Positions 27,371-39,575 of a stretch of DNA of 64,000 bases are shown piece after piece. Position numbers and translations under genes: made by a program. This DNA comes from Antedon mediterranea. Taxonomy: Eukaryota > Animalia > Echinodermata. The stretch's first letter is position 1, and each line of letters starts with the position of its first letter. The notes under the pieces are model-generated. The model did not search any database and was not told the origin of the DNA. It was given only the letters and a program-made list of their open reading frames with translations. The stretch covers positions 19,812,912-19,876,911 of the forward strand of contig NC_092675.1 in assembly GCF_964355755.1 (NCBI RefSeq), read 5' to 3'.

Positions 27371-27439
27371 CTTACAACAAATTTCATGTGATGGGCCTTT
27401 AGGGTGTTTGTAACAATTGTGATGTATTTCGTTCAGCAT
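27371..27439 (-). CDS. Candidate 69-nt phase-0 cassette exon (MLNEIHHNCYKHPKGPSHEICCK)
   Basis: cttctttcttcctctaatctcatcaacgacag|ATG...AAG|gtacag; pyrimidine tract with a CTAAT branch-like motif; 23 stop-free codons. Confidence 0.5.
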
Positions 27440-28864
27440 CTGTCGTTGATGAGATTAGAGGAAGAAAGAAGCTAAAATAAAATACGACATTTTAAAAAGA
27501 AACAAGAAAACAACAATGACAATAGAACAAAACAAGAAAACAATTATGAAAAATACAACAAATAACGCCTTAACAATATAGATTAATGTACATTCTTGCA
27601 AATTGTTTTCAAGATAGTATGGACGTCAAAAGAATAGAAAGGTCAATGACCTGTTTATCATATTATATCAATATATAAATGACCTTACAGCGCGTAATTT
27701 TTAACTAGACCTATTCATTTTACAGTTTGTTTTCCAAATGTTACTTTGATTGCATCTTATATCCTTGTTGTCTGCATCGTTGAAAAATATGTAAAATTGG
27801 CAGAAAATGTCTAAAAAATAATATTATTGCAGTAGCAATTTAAAAAATGTGGATTCATTTGAAAAAGAGGCCGCCCATTTAAGCTTACAAAAAAATCTTG
27901 AAAGAAGCCCATCTTGAAAAGACACTCACACTGGAGTCTTAAAAAAGAAGCCAATGGGCGTCTTTTCAAGGTTTTACGGTAGATTTATAATGCATTTAAT
28001 GTAGAGTCTAAGAAAAAAAAGTCTAAAGAAAAACTACACTGTCTCAGTTACTCCTCAACACCCACTTTTCCCTCCACAACCAAATAAGTAAATTGATCTG
28101 GCGTGAATTTAAATTCAACATTTACCCTCAGATGGCCTAACAGATTCAGCAGTTAAACGCATAAGCCTATCTAATGGCTAATTGATTACAACTAATTAAT
28201 TCATCAGAAGATCTAGTGAATACTGTCAAACAATCAACCAGTGCCAATTCAATATTTCAACTTTGAAATCTATACCTTACTTGAAAATGACTTTACTAGC
28301 TCATATATAAGCCCACTGAACACAATGGGCTTATATCTTCACCAGTAGTATAGTATATATTTAGATTGCAATTATTTTTTGTTGAAAACTAAAAAAATAA
28401 TTACTTTAAAAAAAGTTAATTGAGGATATCTATCTATCTATATTTATTGTTATACAAAAATTTATTTTTTACATACACATGTTACAGTAATGTACATGAA
28501 TATACAAAAAGGTTTAACCATTGTGAAGTTGAATTTGATTACCCAACATAAATTCCTACACACAAATGACTACCGGTTTATGTAAATACCTACACAATAC
28601 TCAAAATTATTCTAAATTTTCGATGAACAATGAATTTAAAATATGCTTTTAGTTTAAAATGTATTCTTTTTATCAAGCCGCATACCTACATCTCACTGAC
28701 AGACATAAGATTCTATATCATAATGAAGTGTAAACAAAATTCCTTCACAAATTATCCTCCCACTGTCCGCATTTATCAAAAATGTTTCATTCTTCCTTTC
28801 CCATTCTAAATTCATATACACTATCACATTTTCAAAATACTATTACATATCAGAATAAGTTTAC

Positions 28865-28900
28865 TTCCCCCATCAAAAATCGCAAACCCCCCACTCGAGT
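28865..28900 (-). CDS. Candidate 36-nt phase-0 cassette exon (TRVGGLRFLMGE)
   Basis: ttttgttgtttgcaatag|ACT...GAA|gtaaac; GC-richer than its flanks; UGC next to the acceptor. Confidence 0.5.
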
Positions 28901-30958
28901 CTATTGCAAACAACAAAAATGACATATATTTATATACTTTCTTGCATCACACTCTATCTCTGTATATCTATGTCGACGTGAATAGCTTATGACAATATTG
29001 ACTCAAGAAATATTGATATATCTTTGTCTAGCTGGAGAAGTCATACTTTTTATTTCTATGTAAGCTACTTAGAAATTCATCTTGTCACATGTAACATTTA
29101 TTATGTAGGGGCCTAAAATGGATGATACACTGTCAAGTAGTTGTTGCAACAATAAATATACAAATCTAGTTAAAAAATTAAAAACATAGTTTATGAAAGA
29201 ATCATCCAACAATACGATCCATTTTAAAATTATTAATCAAATTCTCTAAATTAAATAAGTAATTAATAAATAAATAAAATACTACTTATCCTTAAATTAG
29301 TTTTTTAATTAATATGTGCTTATACCTTAGTAAATTAAAAAGCAACACAATTAATCATAATTATAAAGTATTAATTAACCATTATATAGAAAAATGGATT
29401 AGATAAAAAGAATATATAAAAAATGTTGTTCCTAAAAAATTGAAAATGCTTGTAAATCTAAAGAAATTAAAATAATATTTAAAGAAAAACATTTAAATTT
29501 TCCTATATAAAGCCTGTATATAATTGACTTAATTTAAATAGGGTTTAAATTTCACATGACAACAAAAGATATGGCCCATAAATACTAACCACATTTTGTG
29601 GACAATTTGAAGCTTAGATTTCATTTTTTAGGGAGTTATTTTTTTTAGAGTTAAGAATATTGTATATTTATCAAACTGATATGAACAGAAATCAAATGTA
29701 TTCACAAATTGAATCGATACGATTAATAGTAATTTGCTGGGGTCGTTTTAAAACATACATTGTAAAGGTCATCAAGTCAAATGAGAATCATAGACCTTGC
29801 ATGCTAAATATTGTAGATATTATGAATTCTAGAATTGCTGTTTCTCAACCAGTATTTATGTTAAGTATGAGTATAAGTAAAAGGAGATATAGGTATAATA
29901 ATAATAATATAGTAGTTAAAAATGTCACAAAATTACATCTCATGAAATAATCCGACTAATAACCATAGAATATTGTAGAATTCAAGAATTACTTTTATAT
30001 CTATGGTATATATATAAAATATCTCGGTTGGGGCGACTTTTTTTCATTCTCACACAATTCCTCATCTTAATTATTTCAAATTAATTAATTAAATGTCAGT
30101 ATATCAACGGGCGGTTTAGAATGCATGTTCTATGTCTGATGTATTTATATATATATAAAATATATATTTTTTTATATAACAAACTGCATTTATGTAAGTT
30201 TCCGCATCTTTTATGTTTTCAAACATGAGGGATGGAGGGGAGGATATTGTAGTTGCATATTGCATATTGCACAAGATCAAATGGGATGTGAGGTATCATT
30301 CAATTTTACTCATTTCAGACAATGTCAAAACAAATATAAAGATTCTCCAAATTAAGATGTCCTATGGCAACATAAAGAAAAAGAAATATAAAATAAATTT
30401 TCATTAATTTAAATAAAAATTGCATTTTTAAAAAACAGATTAATCCATTAAATATTGAATTTAATATTTAGTAACTAAACTCAATAAATAATTTCCTATA
30501 ATTTTATGGTATAAATGAGTATTATATGATAAGAGTGCTATTTCTAATGATACGCAAACAAAAATGTGATTGACATATTTGTATGTATGAATTTACATCC
30601 TATTGTTAATTTTATGCTAAATAATGAATTTTGATTCAAGAAGAATAAGCTTTTAAATTTATATACGTGTGAGCATGCATGGAATAATGGAAAGTTAAAG
30701 CATAAACTGTGGGAAATGCAGGGAAGGACATATAAACATTCATATTTTAAAATAGAATCAAGATTAACCTGATTAATTGGGATTACATTTTATTAGTTAT
30801 AATACACCATACAATTTTTTTTAAATAATATTTTGTTTGTTATATTCATAGGTAGCATTTAGTATTAACATTGCTGGAAATTAAGAAATTTGTGAAAAAA
30901 ACAACAATCTACAAGAGTGAAAATGCCACTTTTGGATCAGTTTTTCTAACAGTAGAAT

Positions 30959-31111
30959 TCTACACTATCAAACTTTATGTGACAAAAATGTGATGTGAAC
31001 ACGTATAGACACGCCGTTGTCATATCATTACCATATTTGGGCACATCACTGCAATTTTTGGGCACATCACATATTTTTTAGTCAAACTAGTTTGGTAGTG
31101 TAGACAGAGCT
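30959..31111. mobile_element. MITE family copy 1 (TIR AGCTCTGTCTACACTATCAAACT, PIF/Harbinger-like)
   Basis: Terminal TCTACACTATCAAACT and AGTTTGGTAGTGTAGACAGAGCT; internal ATCACTACCATATTTGGGCA-like units shared with six other copies. Confidence 0.75.
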
Positions 31112-32231
31112 CTATTAAGAGAAAGTGTACCTTAAATAAGGTTTCCCCAAAGATTCTACTGTACCATAAAAACCAAAATGGTAGGTGTTTCCATCAGAGG
31201 AGAGACTGTTGAGGAGCAACATTTTCACACTGCAGATTGTCTCATTTACTCTTTCACAATGTTATCAACTATGAACAGACTATAATTGCAGTATATTTTA
31301 ATTATATATAAATATATATCTTATTGCTTTATGTTATATGTGCCTTCCAATATCACCTTATTACATGTGTACCTTTTCATGAAAAGTGTTAATCTCCAAT
31401 ATTTAAAATAACTTCAAAAGCTTACAAACCAAAAGAGTAATATTATGTTGTTATTTTGTTAGCAAATTATGCCTTTATTATTACAGTAATGCTCCTTGGT
31501 TAGGACAAGAATGTTGTTGCTGACCGTAGTTTACTGTATCGTCTGAATTAGTACAGTAATCAGGCCTAATAAAAAGGACAGTGTTGCTTAACATGATGAA
31601 TTGAATTTGTTCAGTTGTTAAAATGTATCTTGTTTTTAACATTTTTCATCTACGCTTAGTAGGCCTACAGAAAATAAAGTATCTACAAAATGACCAACTA
31701 AAAAACTATTCAACCACAGCCAACTTTCCAACAGGGTGTCTACATCCTGGTTCATGGAACATTCGACTAATCTAAAATTCTGTATTATTTTCCAATCCAA
31801 ATAATCTTGAGAACTTTCTTTAGGTCACAAAAAAGTGGAGGTTTTAATAATATAATTATTTCAAAATGAAGATTCGCATTTTTCATGAAACAGTACAATG
31901 TTATCAAGAGTATAAAGTCCTGTTGACACTTACACAAACTATAGTCCTGCATCACTCTATATTCAATGTGTGGCAATATGTGTGCAAAAATTGTCAACAT
32001 TTTTCTAAATGTTGAACACTTTTGCGAGAAAGGGCACGCAGTTCGCAACAAATACATGCTATTAAATGGCACCCATTTGCCATGCATTGAATTTGGAGTA
32101 TCGCAAACCAAAATATGTGCAAGTGGTAACGGGACATTAGTATGTGATAATTATCACTGAATGAATGAATGAGTGCATTTAGTATTTGTGATGAAATGGA
32201 ATATCATACTATACTTTTTCACCATACGTAC

Positions 32232-32270
32232 ATAACAAATCTGGCCCATAAAATTAGTGGCTGAAACAAT
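32232..32270 (-). CDS. Candidate 39-nt phase-0 cassette exon (IVSATNFMGQICY)
   Basis: ttttcgatcctatttag|ATT...TAT|gtacgt; stop-free and symmetric with the phase-0 host intron. A competing tttcag acceptor lies inside it. Confidence 0.35.
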
Positions 32271-32974
32271 CTAAATAGGATCGAAAACCATGGCAACATA
32301 ACACATTAATACAAAATGATGCATGCAACTATTGGCACATTCACTAGGTTTGTGTGTAAAGGGCAAAGGTTGTGACCTAATGTGGGTCAAAGGGCAAGTG
32401 ATACAATGATATATCTAAAATCATGCAAGATATGGACCAGTTTATAATTTATTTTTAAGCCGGGATAAACAAAATTAAAGCCAACATTAAAATTTATAAA
32501 ATTCATCATTTATATTAAAACAAAAAAAATAAAAAAGAAACAAACATCGAATATACATTTAAAAAAAGATATAGATTTGATGTTTAGCTCTGGTAAAGTA
32601 GACCTACATTATTATGTATTTAAGAACTAAAGCCATATGATAAAAAAAATATGTTTTTTAAAAAGAGCTACATAGACACTGTAAATAAAACATTGAAAAA
32701 GTTATTCACATAAACAGATACTACATATTTGTAGATGACTTACATAAATTTCATAAAACATGTATAAAAAAATTAATACAAAGACATATACTACAGTTAA
32801 GTGAGCAGTATACTGAAATATCAGTTGTATCCTATTAAATTCATAGGATTGGCCTTCAAACAAATTTACATCAATAATTGTTTTAACAATTATCAGTTAT
32901 GTAATTTATATGCAGGGAAAAAATAATATATAAATAGCAAATTCAATTAAAGATTTTATAAAAAATGTCATTAC

Positions 32975-33130
32975 CTCGCTGTTTGACCTCATAGCAAATA
33001 AATTGGCCATTATCGTGGAAAACCCAGGAGCCAGGCAACTCTGAGCAATAAAGCCGAGTTTCAGCTCAGCAACACAGATTACATCGTCACCTTGTTGCCA
33101 GTTCCAGCTTGGGATATTCAGAAGATAGGC
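32975..33130 (-). CDS. KCNMA1: Slo1 exon, RCK1
   Basis: tag|GCC...GAG|gtaat; 156 nt; [52 protein letters not shown]. Confidence 0.97.
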
Positions 33131-33484
33131 CTACAAGATTTGTTTCCAAAACAAGTTAAGATACAACAAATTAAAGTTAAGATACAAAAAATTCAAGTTA
33201 AGATACAAATTAGAACACGTTCGAAATAACAATATTTAGTGCTGTTTAAAGGATGGTGAATAAAAAAGTATAGTGAAAAGTAAGACTTGCAGTAGGCCAT
33301 GTGTAGAAGACGGTTGTACATAACAATGGAAACAACATTCTCAACCTTAATTTACTTCTGGCAACACATGATGTACTGCAAACCTACCGTTACTAATATA
33401 TAGTGAGTTATATCATGGTTCTGAAATTAATGTATAGTGATTCATTCTTTCAGAGAGCACTATAGCATTATGTCCTTTCTTTAA

Positions 33485-33606
33485 ACCTCTGTCTACACTA
33501 TCAAACTTTATTGAGGTCATATCACTACCATATTTAGGTATATCACTACCATATTTGGGTATATCACTACCATATTTGGGCACATCACACTTTTTTTGTA
33601 AACCTA
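33485..33606. mobile_element. MITE family copy 2 (partial)
   Basis: CTCTGTCTACACTATCAAACT followed by three 21-bp ATATCACTACCATATTTGGG units. Confidence 0.75.
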
Positions 33607-33746
33607 TTTTCCATTGTATATCTGAATCATGTTCCCTTATTATTTGTAATACTTACTACCAGAATGACATTTGTTGCAAGTTACATTGCTGCAGTGAGCC
33701 TGTCTGAGTGCAAAACTGAGGTTGGTGCATGAGTAACAACAAATTT

Positions 33747-33897
33747 TGTCTACACTATCAAACTAATTTGACAGTGTGATGTACCGAAATATGCTAGTGA
33801 TATGCCCAAATATGGTAGTGATATGACATCATCATGTCCATATTTGGGCAAAACTACATATTTTTTTCACATAAAGTTTGATAGTGTAGACAGAACT
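33747..33897. mobile_element. MITE family copy 3, inverted relative to copy 2
   Basis: TGTCTACACTATCAAACT...AGTTTGATAGTGTAGACAGAACT. Confidence 0.78.
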
Positions 33898-33935
33898 TTA
33901 CATAGTGCGAACCTTGTGAGTGATGGGTACATTAC

Positions 33936-34088
33936 CTTGTTGTGGTACTGCATTAGTTGAACAATAACCCTGATCCTTGCACAGCAATTTTTGATGGAGA
34001 TAACACGCATGATGTTAGCTGCATCCTCCGCATCTGAGTCTGTGCAGTATTTATCGCAAAGAATGATACAAGCATCTGCCTCAGCAAG
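33936..34088 (-). CDS. KCNMA1: Slo1 exon, RCK1
   Basis: cag|CTT...AAG|gtaat; 153 nt; [51 protein letters not shown]. Confidence 0.97.
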
Positions 34089-34321
34089 CTGTTAAGTATA
34101 ATAAAAAACAAAAACACCTCAGTAGATACATAGTATTTGGTTGTAAAAGATGTAAAAAATAAAAGACAAGAATGTTAGCATTTATAAGTGCACTATCACC
34201 AGAACTAGGAGTGAGTTGGCCTCAAACCCTTGGGTATAACCAATTGACTCGCTAGTCTATTGTTAGGTTGTTGGTGATTCAAAATAAGAATAAAGATTCA
34301 CATCTAGGTCCTACATCATAC

Positions 34322-34427
34322 CTTTATTCTATCCAAGTCTAAACTGTTTAGCACTGACCCCTTAAAGAACTCCAACTGTGTAAAGTAACGCTTAAACAGT
34401 GCTTGGAGCTCAAGATCAGGTTCAACA
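34322..34427 (-). CDS. KCNMA1: Slo1 exon, RCK1
   Basis: tag|T GTT...AAG|gtatga; 106 nt; VEPDLELQALFKRYFTQLEFFKGSVLNSLDLDRIK. Confidence 0.96.
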
Positions 34428-35637
34428 CTAGAAAATATAAAATAAATATTCATAAGTTATTCAACTCAACAAGAACAAGAAGCAAGAGATGGTAAGGAAT
34501 TGCGCAGGCATAAGTTTGAGAACTGCTCATGACATATTGTTTGTGTTCTAGGAAACATATTTTACTTTAGTTTTATTGACTTCTTATACTTGATGCGTGA
34601 TGTTAAGTTTTTGGCGCATGAACAAATAGGGGTCTTGCAGGTGTTTTAATTTTGTTGTCTGTTATGGGTCTAACCAGGGAGATGTAAACAATTATTTTAC
34701 ATCTCTCAGGCCTAATCCAGCACCATGGAATCAATCTAGTTGGCAGATAAACAGATACTGGTAGGATTGTAGATTACATTATATTAATATAAATTCATAA
34801 AAAATATCTAGAAAATGCAAAAAAAAAAAAAAAACTTCATTGCAAAGTATCTGGTTGTGAGAAAATGTACTGTGTTAATTATAATGTATGTAATTTATTA
34901 TTCTGGTTTATGGCTGTTTTATACAATACATGATGCTTTTGTATATAATTATTGACTTTAAGTAGAGATGTGGCTTTTATAATAAAACCTCATAATAATG
35001 TTTATATATTATATTTCAGTATTAGCATATATTTTTCCTAAATCAATACTCTATATACATTACAATTTTACAACAATATGGATACCACTTAACATATGAA
35101 ACAATATGAAAAATTGTATGTTGTTATAACTGTACAAAATACACATTTTACATTACTCTTATTATATTATACATAATCACATCCTTTGATTTTCCCAGGG
35201 GTGTATATACACTGCCCTGGATTTTTTCCCAGGGATACTATCGTAAAGTTACCCTGGGCATTTCCCAGGGGCATCATTAAGTTTTGCAATGGCGACCAAT
35301 GTATGCTACAATAATGTAGTGTGATTAAATAGTAAATAATTTTACTCTCAGATGCATTTTTTACTGATGACTTGTATCCTGGCTAAATTCACAATCAACT
35401 TCACAGCAATTATTACAAACTAAAATTCAATTAAAGAATTTACAATTACTAGTAAGTAATACACAATAAATTAAAAATAATTCTCAGTCTTTTTCAATTT
35501 CAAAATAATTATATTATTCTAATGAATACCAATTTCAATATTTACAAGGCCAATGTCTTTATTGTTGATTTTTACGTTAATTTTCAGCAACATGATGTAC
35601 AGAATTATGCAAACATACAAACCATCCTCCTTATGAT

Positions 35638-36235
35638 TATCAACATTATTCTCATCATCATAATCATACTTATCATTCTCATCATCATCATAATTATCAT
35701 TCTCATCATCATAATCATACTTATCATTCTCATCATCATAATCATACTTATCATTCCCATCATCATTATTATACTTATCATTCTCATCATTTGTTAGATA
35801 GTCCCCCTTTTTATTTATATTTATCTATCTTAGGCAAGCCAAGGTTTATTAGCACTGTAATTTCCATTAATATTTTGGACAATAAATGAATCTGTATCTG
35901 TATCTGTATCATAATTATACTTATCATTCTCATCATCATTATTATACTTATTGTTTTCATCATCATAATCATACTTATCATTCCCATCATCATAATCCTA
36001 ATTATCATTCCCATCATCATAATCATACTTATTCTCATCATCATCATAATCATACTTATCATTCTCATCATCATCATACTTATTATTCTCATCATCATAA
36101 TCCTAATTATCATTCCCATCATAATCATACTTATCATTCTCATCATCATCATAATCATACTTATCAATTTCATCATCATTATACTTATAATTCTCATCAT
36201 CATCATAGTCATACTTATAATTCTCATCATTATTA
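35638..36235. repeat. About 27-bp minisatellite (ATCATTCTCATCATCATAATCATACTT)n in two blocks
   Basis: Blocks at 35638-35790 and 35905-36235, separated by about 115 bp of unique sequence. Confidence 0.95.
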
Positions 36236-37553
36236 ACAAGATAATAATCAATACGATAATTCCATTGGCCTATACAACAACTTTATCTTATCTACCAGAT
36301 TGTACGAAACCAGGCATGGCAACAGCAATAATAACATCTTTTTTTTATGATAGAATATTCTTATTGATGGTAGGCCTGTGATTGGTTACGAAGACCTTCT
36401 TCTTAATGGCAATATCACAATTTTCAAAACCTAAGTGTTCTTAGGCCATTTATTCCCATAGCAACTACTGGCAAATTATCTAGTAATGACTTGACAAATT
36501 ATGAAAATTTATGCTAAAAGTAAAATATGAGAAATGGTTTCCACGAATGTCTATCACCCTGCCAAATCATTAGTACGTTGCTAGACAAGTGACGACCGCC
36601 ACATTATTGAACACGCCACATTATTGAACACATTAGGTTTAAAAGATTCACATAATGTCTTTGTTGTTATTGGTGAACAAATTAGGGAATATATATATAC
36701 TATTAAGTTCCCTGGATTACAAATTCAGTACAAGTTCTAAATAGGGGTGAATGTTCTTTAGATGAGAAGACTAGATTTTTAAAATCATTAAATAAAGAAT
36801 GTAGGCCTGTCCTGTGTGACGATTCCCCCTGTTTCTTTGCAATTAAGTTTACTATCGAAAACCTTCTGCCCTTGCATCTAATTCTAATAATAATAATAAT
36901 CAATTGATCAGACAATTTTTATAAACACAGAACAAGATCCATGGTTATCATGAAAGAAATGCTGAGATATTGCAAAATATTATTAAGTTAGCTTAATAAA
37001 TAACTGAAAAAATCAAAATAAATTGACTGTCTTCTGCGACAGAGTTTGGAAAAATATATGTTCAATTTTTCAAAATTCAATTTGTGATATGGATTTAAAC
37101 ATAAAATGCATAGATCTCATAAATACAACATAAATTCAATAATCCTATGGCTGTCTGTGCAACTGTGTGTGGATTGAATATCTATTTTTTTAAATGGTAA
37201 ATTACAGTGTTGGCAAGAGAAAAGGCAAATGAACTGAAATGGTTTATATAAACTGTAAAGAATATTTAATTACAGGAACAGAGCGAATGGCAAATATATT
37301 GTAATATATGTAAAATGTCCGGTGAATCGGGCATGAAAATTGTGTAATTGTTATGAGAATGTTAATACTGTATAAATTCAATACTTCAGACTGTCCAATG
37401 TATTTAAATTATTTATAAATAATTTTTCATTTATCATTAATGCTATTTTATTCATTTTGGTCATATGGCTAACGCAATGTTAATAGATCAACCTAAAATA
37501 GCTACCTGATAACATTGGTTGATTCATCAAAAAATGTACATAATTTACCCATA

Positions 37554-37696
37554 AGCTCTGTCTACACTATAAAAGTTTATGTGAAAAAAAATGTGATGTG
37601 CCCATATATGGACATGATGATGTCATATCACTACCAGATTTGGGCATATCACAATTTTTGTTGTCAAACTAGTTTGATAGTGTATACACTCGAGCT
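37554..37696. mobile_element. MITE family copy 4
   Basis: TA|AGCTCTGTCTACACTATAAAA...AGTTTGATAGTGTATACACTCGAGCT. Confidence 0.75.
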
Positions 37697-39109
37697 TCAG
37701 TTTATATTCTATAAATCAAAGTTGTATGTTTAAATAAAACTACTATAGGGATCGCAAAACTGTTTATATAATATTATTGCCATCATCCGCATTGTTTGAA
37801 TTTCATGTAACTTCATTAATAAGAGAACGACAATTCTATAAATATAACTGTCAAATTATTTACCATGTGCAGGAAAAAATTTGTATTTTGCTAATAGGCA
37901 TTATGAATATCCAAATTCCACAATACTTTGTGTATACACTATCTATTCAGATTAACACATTAACTTCTATAAATGGCACTATTACTGTCCTAGTGTCAGG
38001 GGCCATGAATGGCATATGCAACTACCTGTATTGGTTTATTGATTAGTAAGGTGTGAAATACCCAGACAGATTACATACAGTATATACAATTCCACTGCTA
38101 AACACTATTTTACAGATATTGTTAAGTTGATGTGTTTCAAAATAAATTCTACGATAAACTGAAACAATTTAATATTTCTTCAGTTGTATATTTACTTAAG
38201 CAACAATTATTACACAGCCATTGACATAGCAAATTTGTATTTGAAACTATTTTTGTATGAGTAAGATACTATTTTTCTAGAGTTTCACACGTAAATTTTT
38301 CAAACAATTTTTAAATGGTAATTTAGAATATAATGAAAAGAATATTTAAGTATACCTTATGTGAAAGAAAATGAACCGTTTAATTGCATGATATGACGGC
38401 AAATATCATGAAGTGACAGATTAGTGTGATACTCTGTCTTAAACCAGTACCATTGTGATAGTTTCAAACTGAATATGGACGCTACAAATGTGGGATACTT
38501 TAGTTTGAATAGCCCTATGAATACAGATATACTAGTAACTTGTGGATTTAGCAAGATATTTAAGCAAGATATTTAAGCAAGATATATGTCAACTTGTCAC
38601 AATACATGCAATACTAGTAACTTGTGGATTAGTTTAGAACACAGCCACCATAATCAGATTGAATTCAGCTTTGAAGTCCGCTATGAATGATGATATCAAG
38701 TAACTAATTGATCATAAAGCAACCTCTACGAGGGTTAGTATTTCAATAGATACCTATCAGGTATGCTGTAGTAATGTCATGTTCTTAATGATCTAATCAA
38801 ATTATTAATTGGCTGAAGCTTCTGACAAATTTAGTAAATATTTATACAGAGGTGATGAGTAATGTTGGTGGACATTGGCGTTAGACAATGTTGTATGACA
38901 TACATGTAAATATGTATATGTTTGTATGATGTAGTATGTTTAAACGGATATTAGCCCTTGATGGCATTTGCAGCAATAAAGAAATTGAATTGAATTGAAT
39001 TGAAGAAAAATGACAGACAATGTCTTCAGTGTTGAATAGTAAAACACTTCATCAGTGTAATCTGGGCCCAAGGTAAGATTAACAGGGCTAGTAATGTATG
39101 ATAAATGAA

Positions 39110-39575
39110 GATAAATGGGGATTATGAGATTGGATAAATTGGGATATTAAAGTAGGATAAATGGGGATTATAACGATTGGATATATAGGATACTAAGGTA
39201 GGATAAATGGAGATTATAAGATTGGATAAATTGGGATATTAAGGTAGGATAAATGGAGATTATAAGATTGGATAAATGTGCATACTAAGATAGGATAAAT
39301 GGGGATTATAAGATTGGATATAGAGGATACTAATGTAGGATAAATAGGGATTATAAGATTGGATAAATGGGCATACTAAGGTAGGATAAATGGGGATTAT
39401 AAGATTGGATATATAGGATACTAAGGTAGGATAAATAGAGATTATAAAATTAGATATATAGGATACTAGGTAGGATAAATGGAAATTATAAGATTGGATA
39501 AATGGGGATACTAAGGTAGGATGAAATGGGGATACTAAAGGTAAGAATAAATAGGGATTATAGAGTAGTAGGATA
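39110..39575. repeat. About 45-bp dimeric minisatellite
   Basis: Alternating GGATAAATGGGGATTATAAGATT and GGATAWATRGGATACTAAGGTA subunits, about 10 pairs. Confidence 0.93.

Noticed and set aside
30667-30706. Strong acceptor tccctgcatttcccacag with a downstream GT
   Set aside because: 40 nt with an in-frame TAA at the fourth codon; at best a poison exon, unsupported.
35522-36251. His-, Met- and Ile-rich ORFs
   Set aside because: Translations of the 27-bp CAT-rich minisatellite.
39110-39575. Periodic array superficially like a CRISPR
   Set aside because: Intervening units are similar to each other rather than unique spacers; eukaryotic intron; no cas genes.
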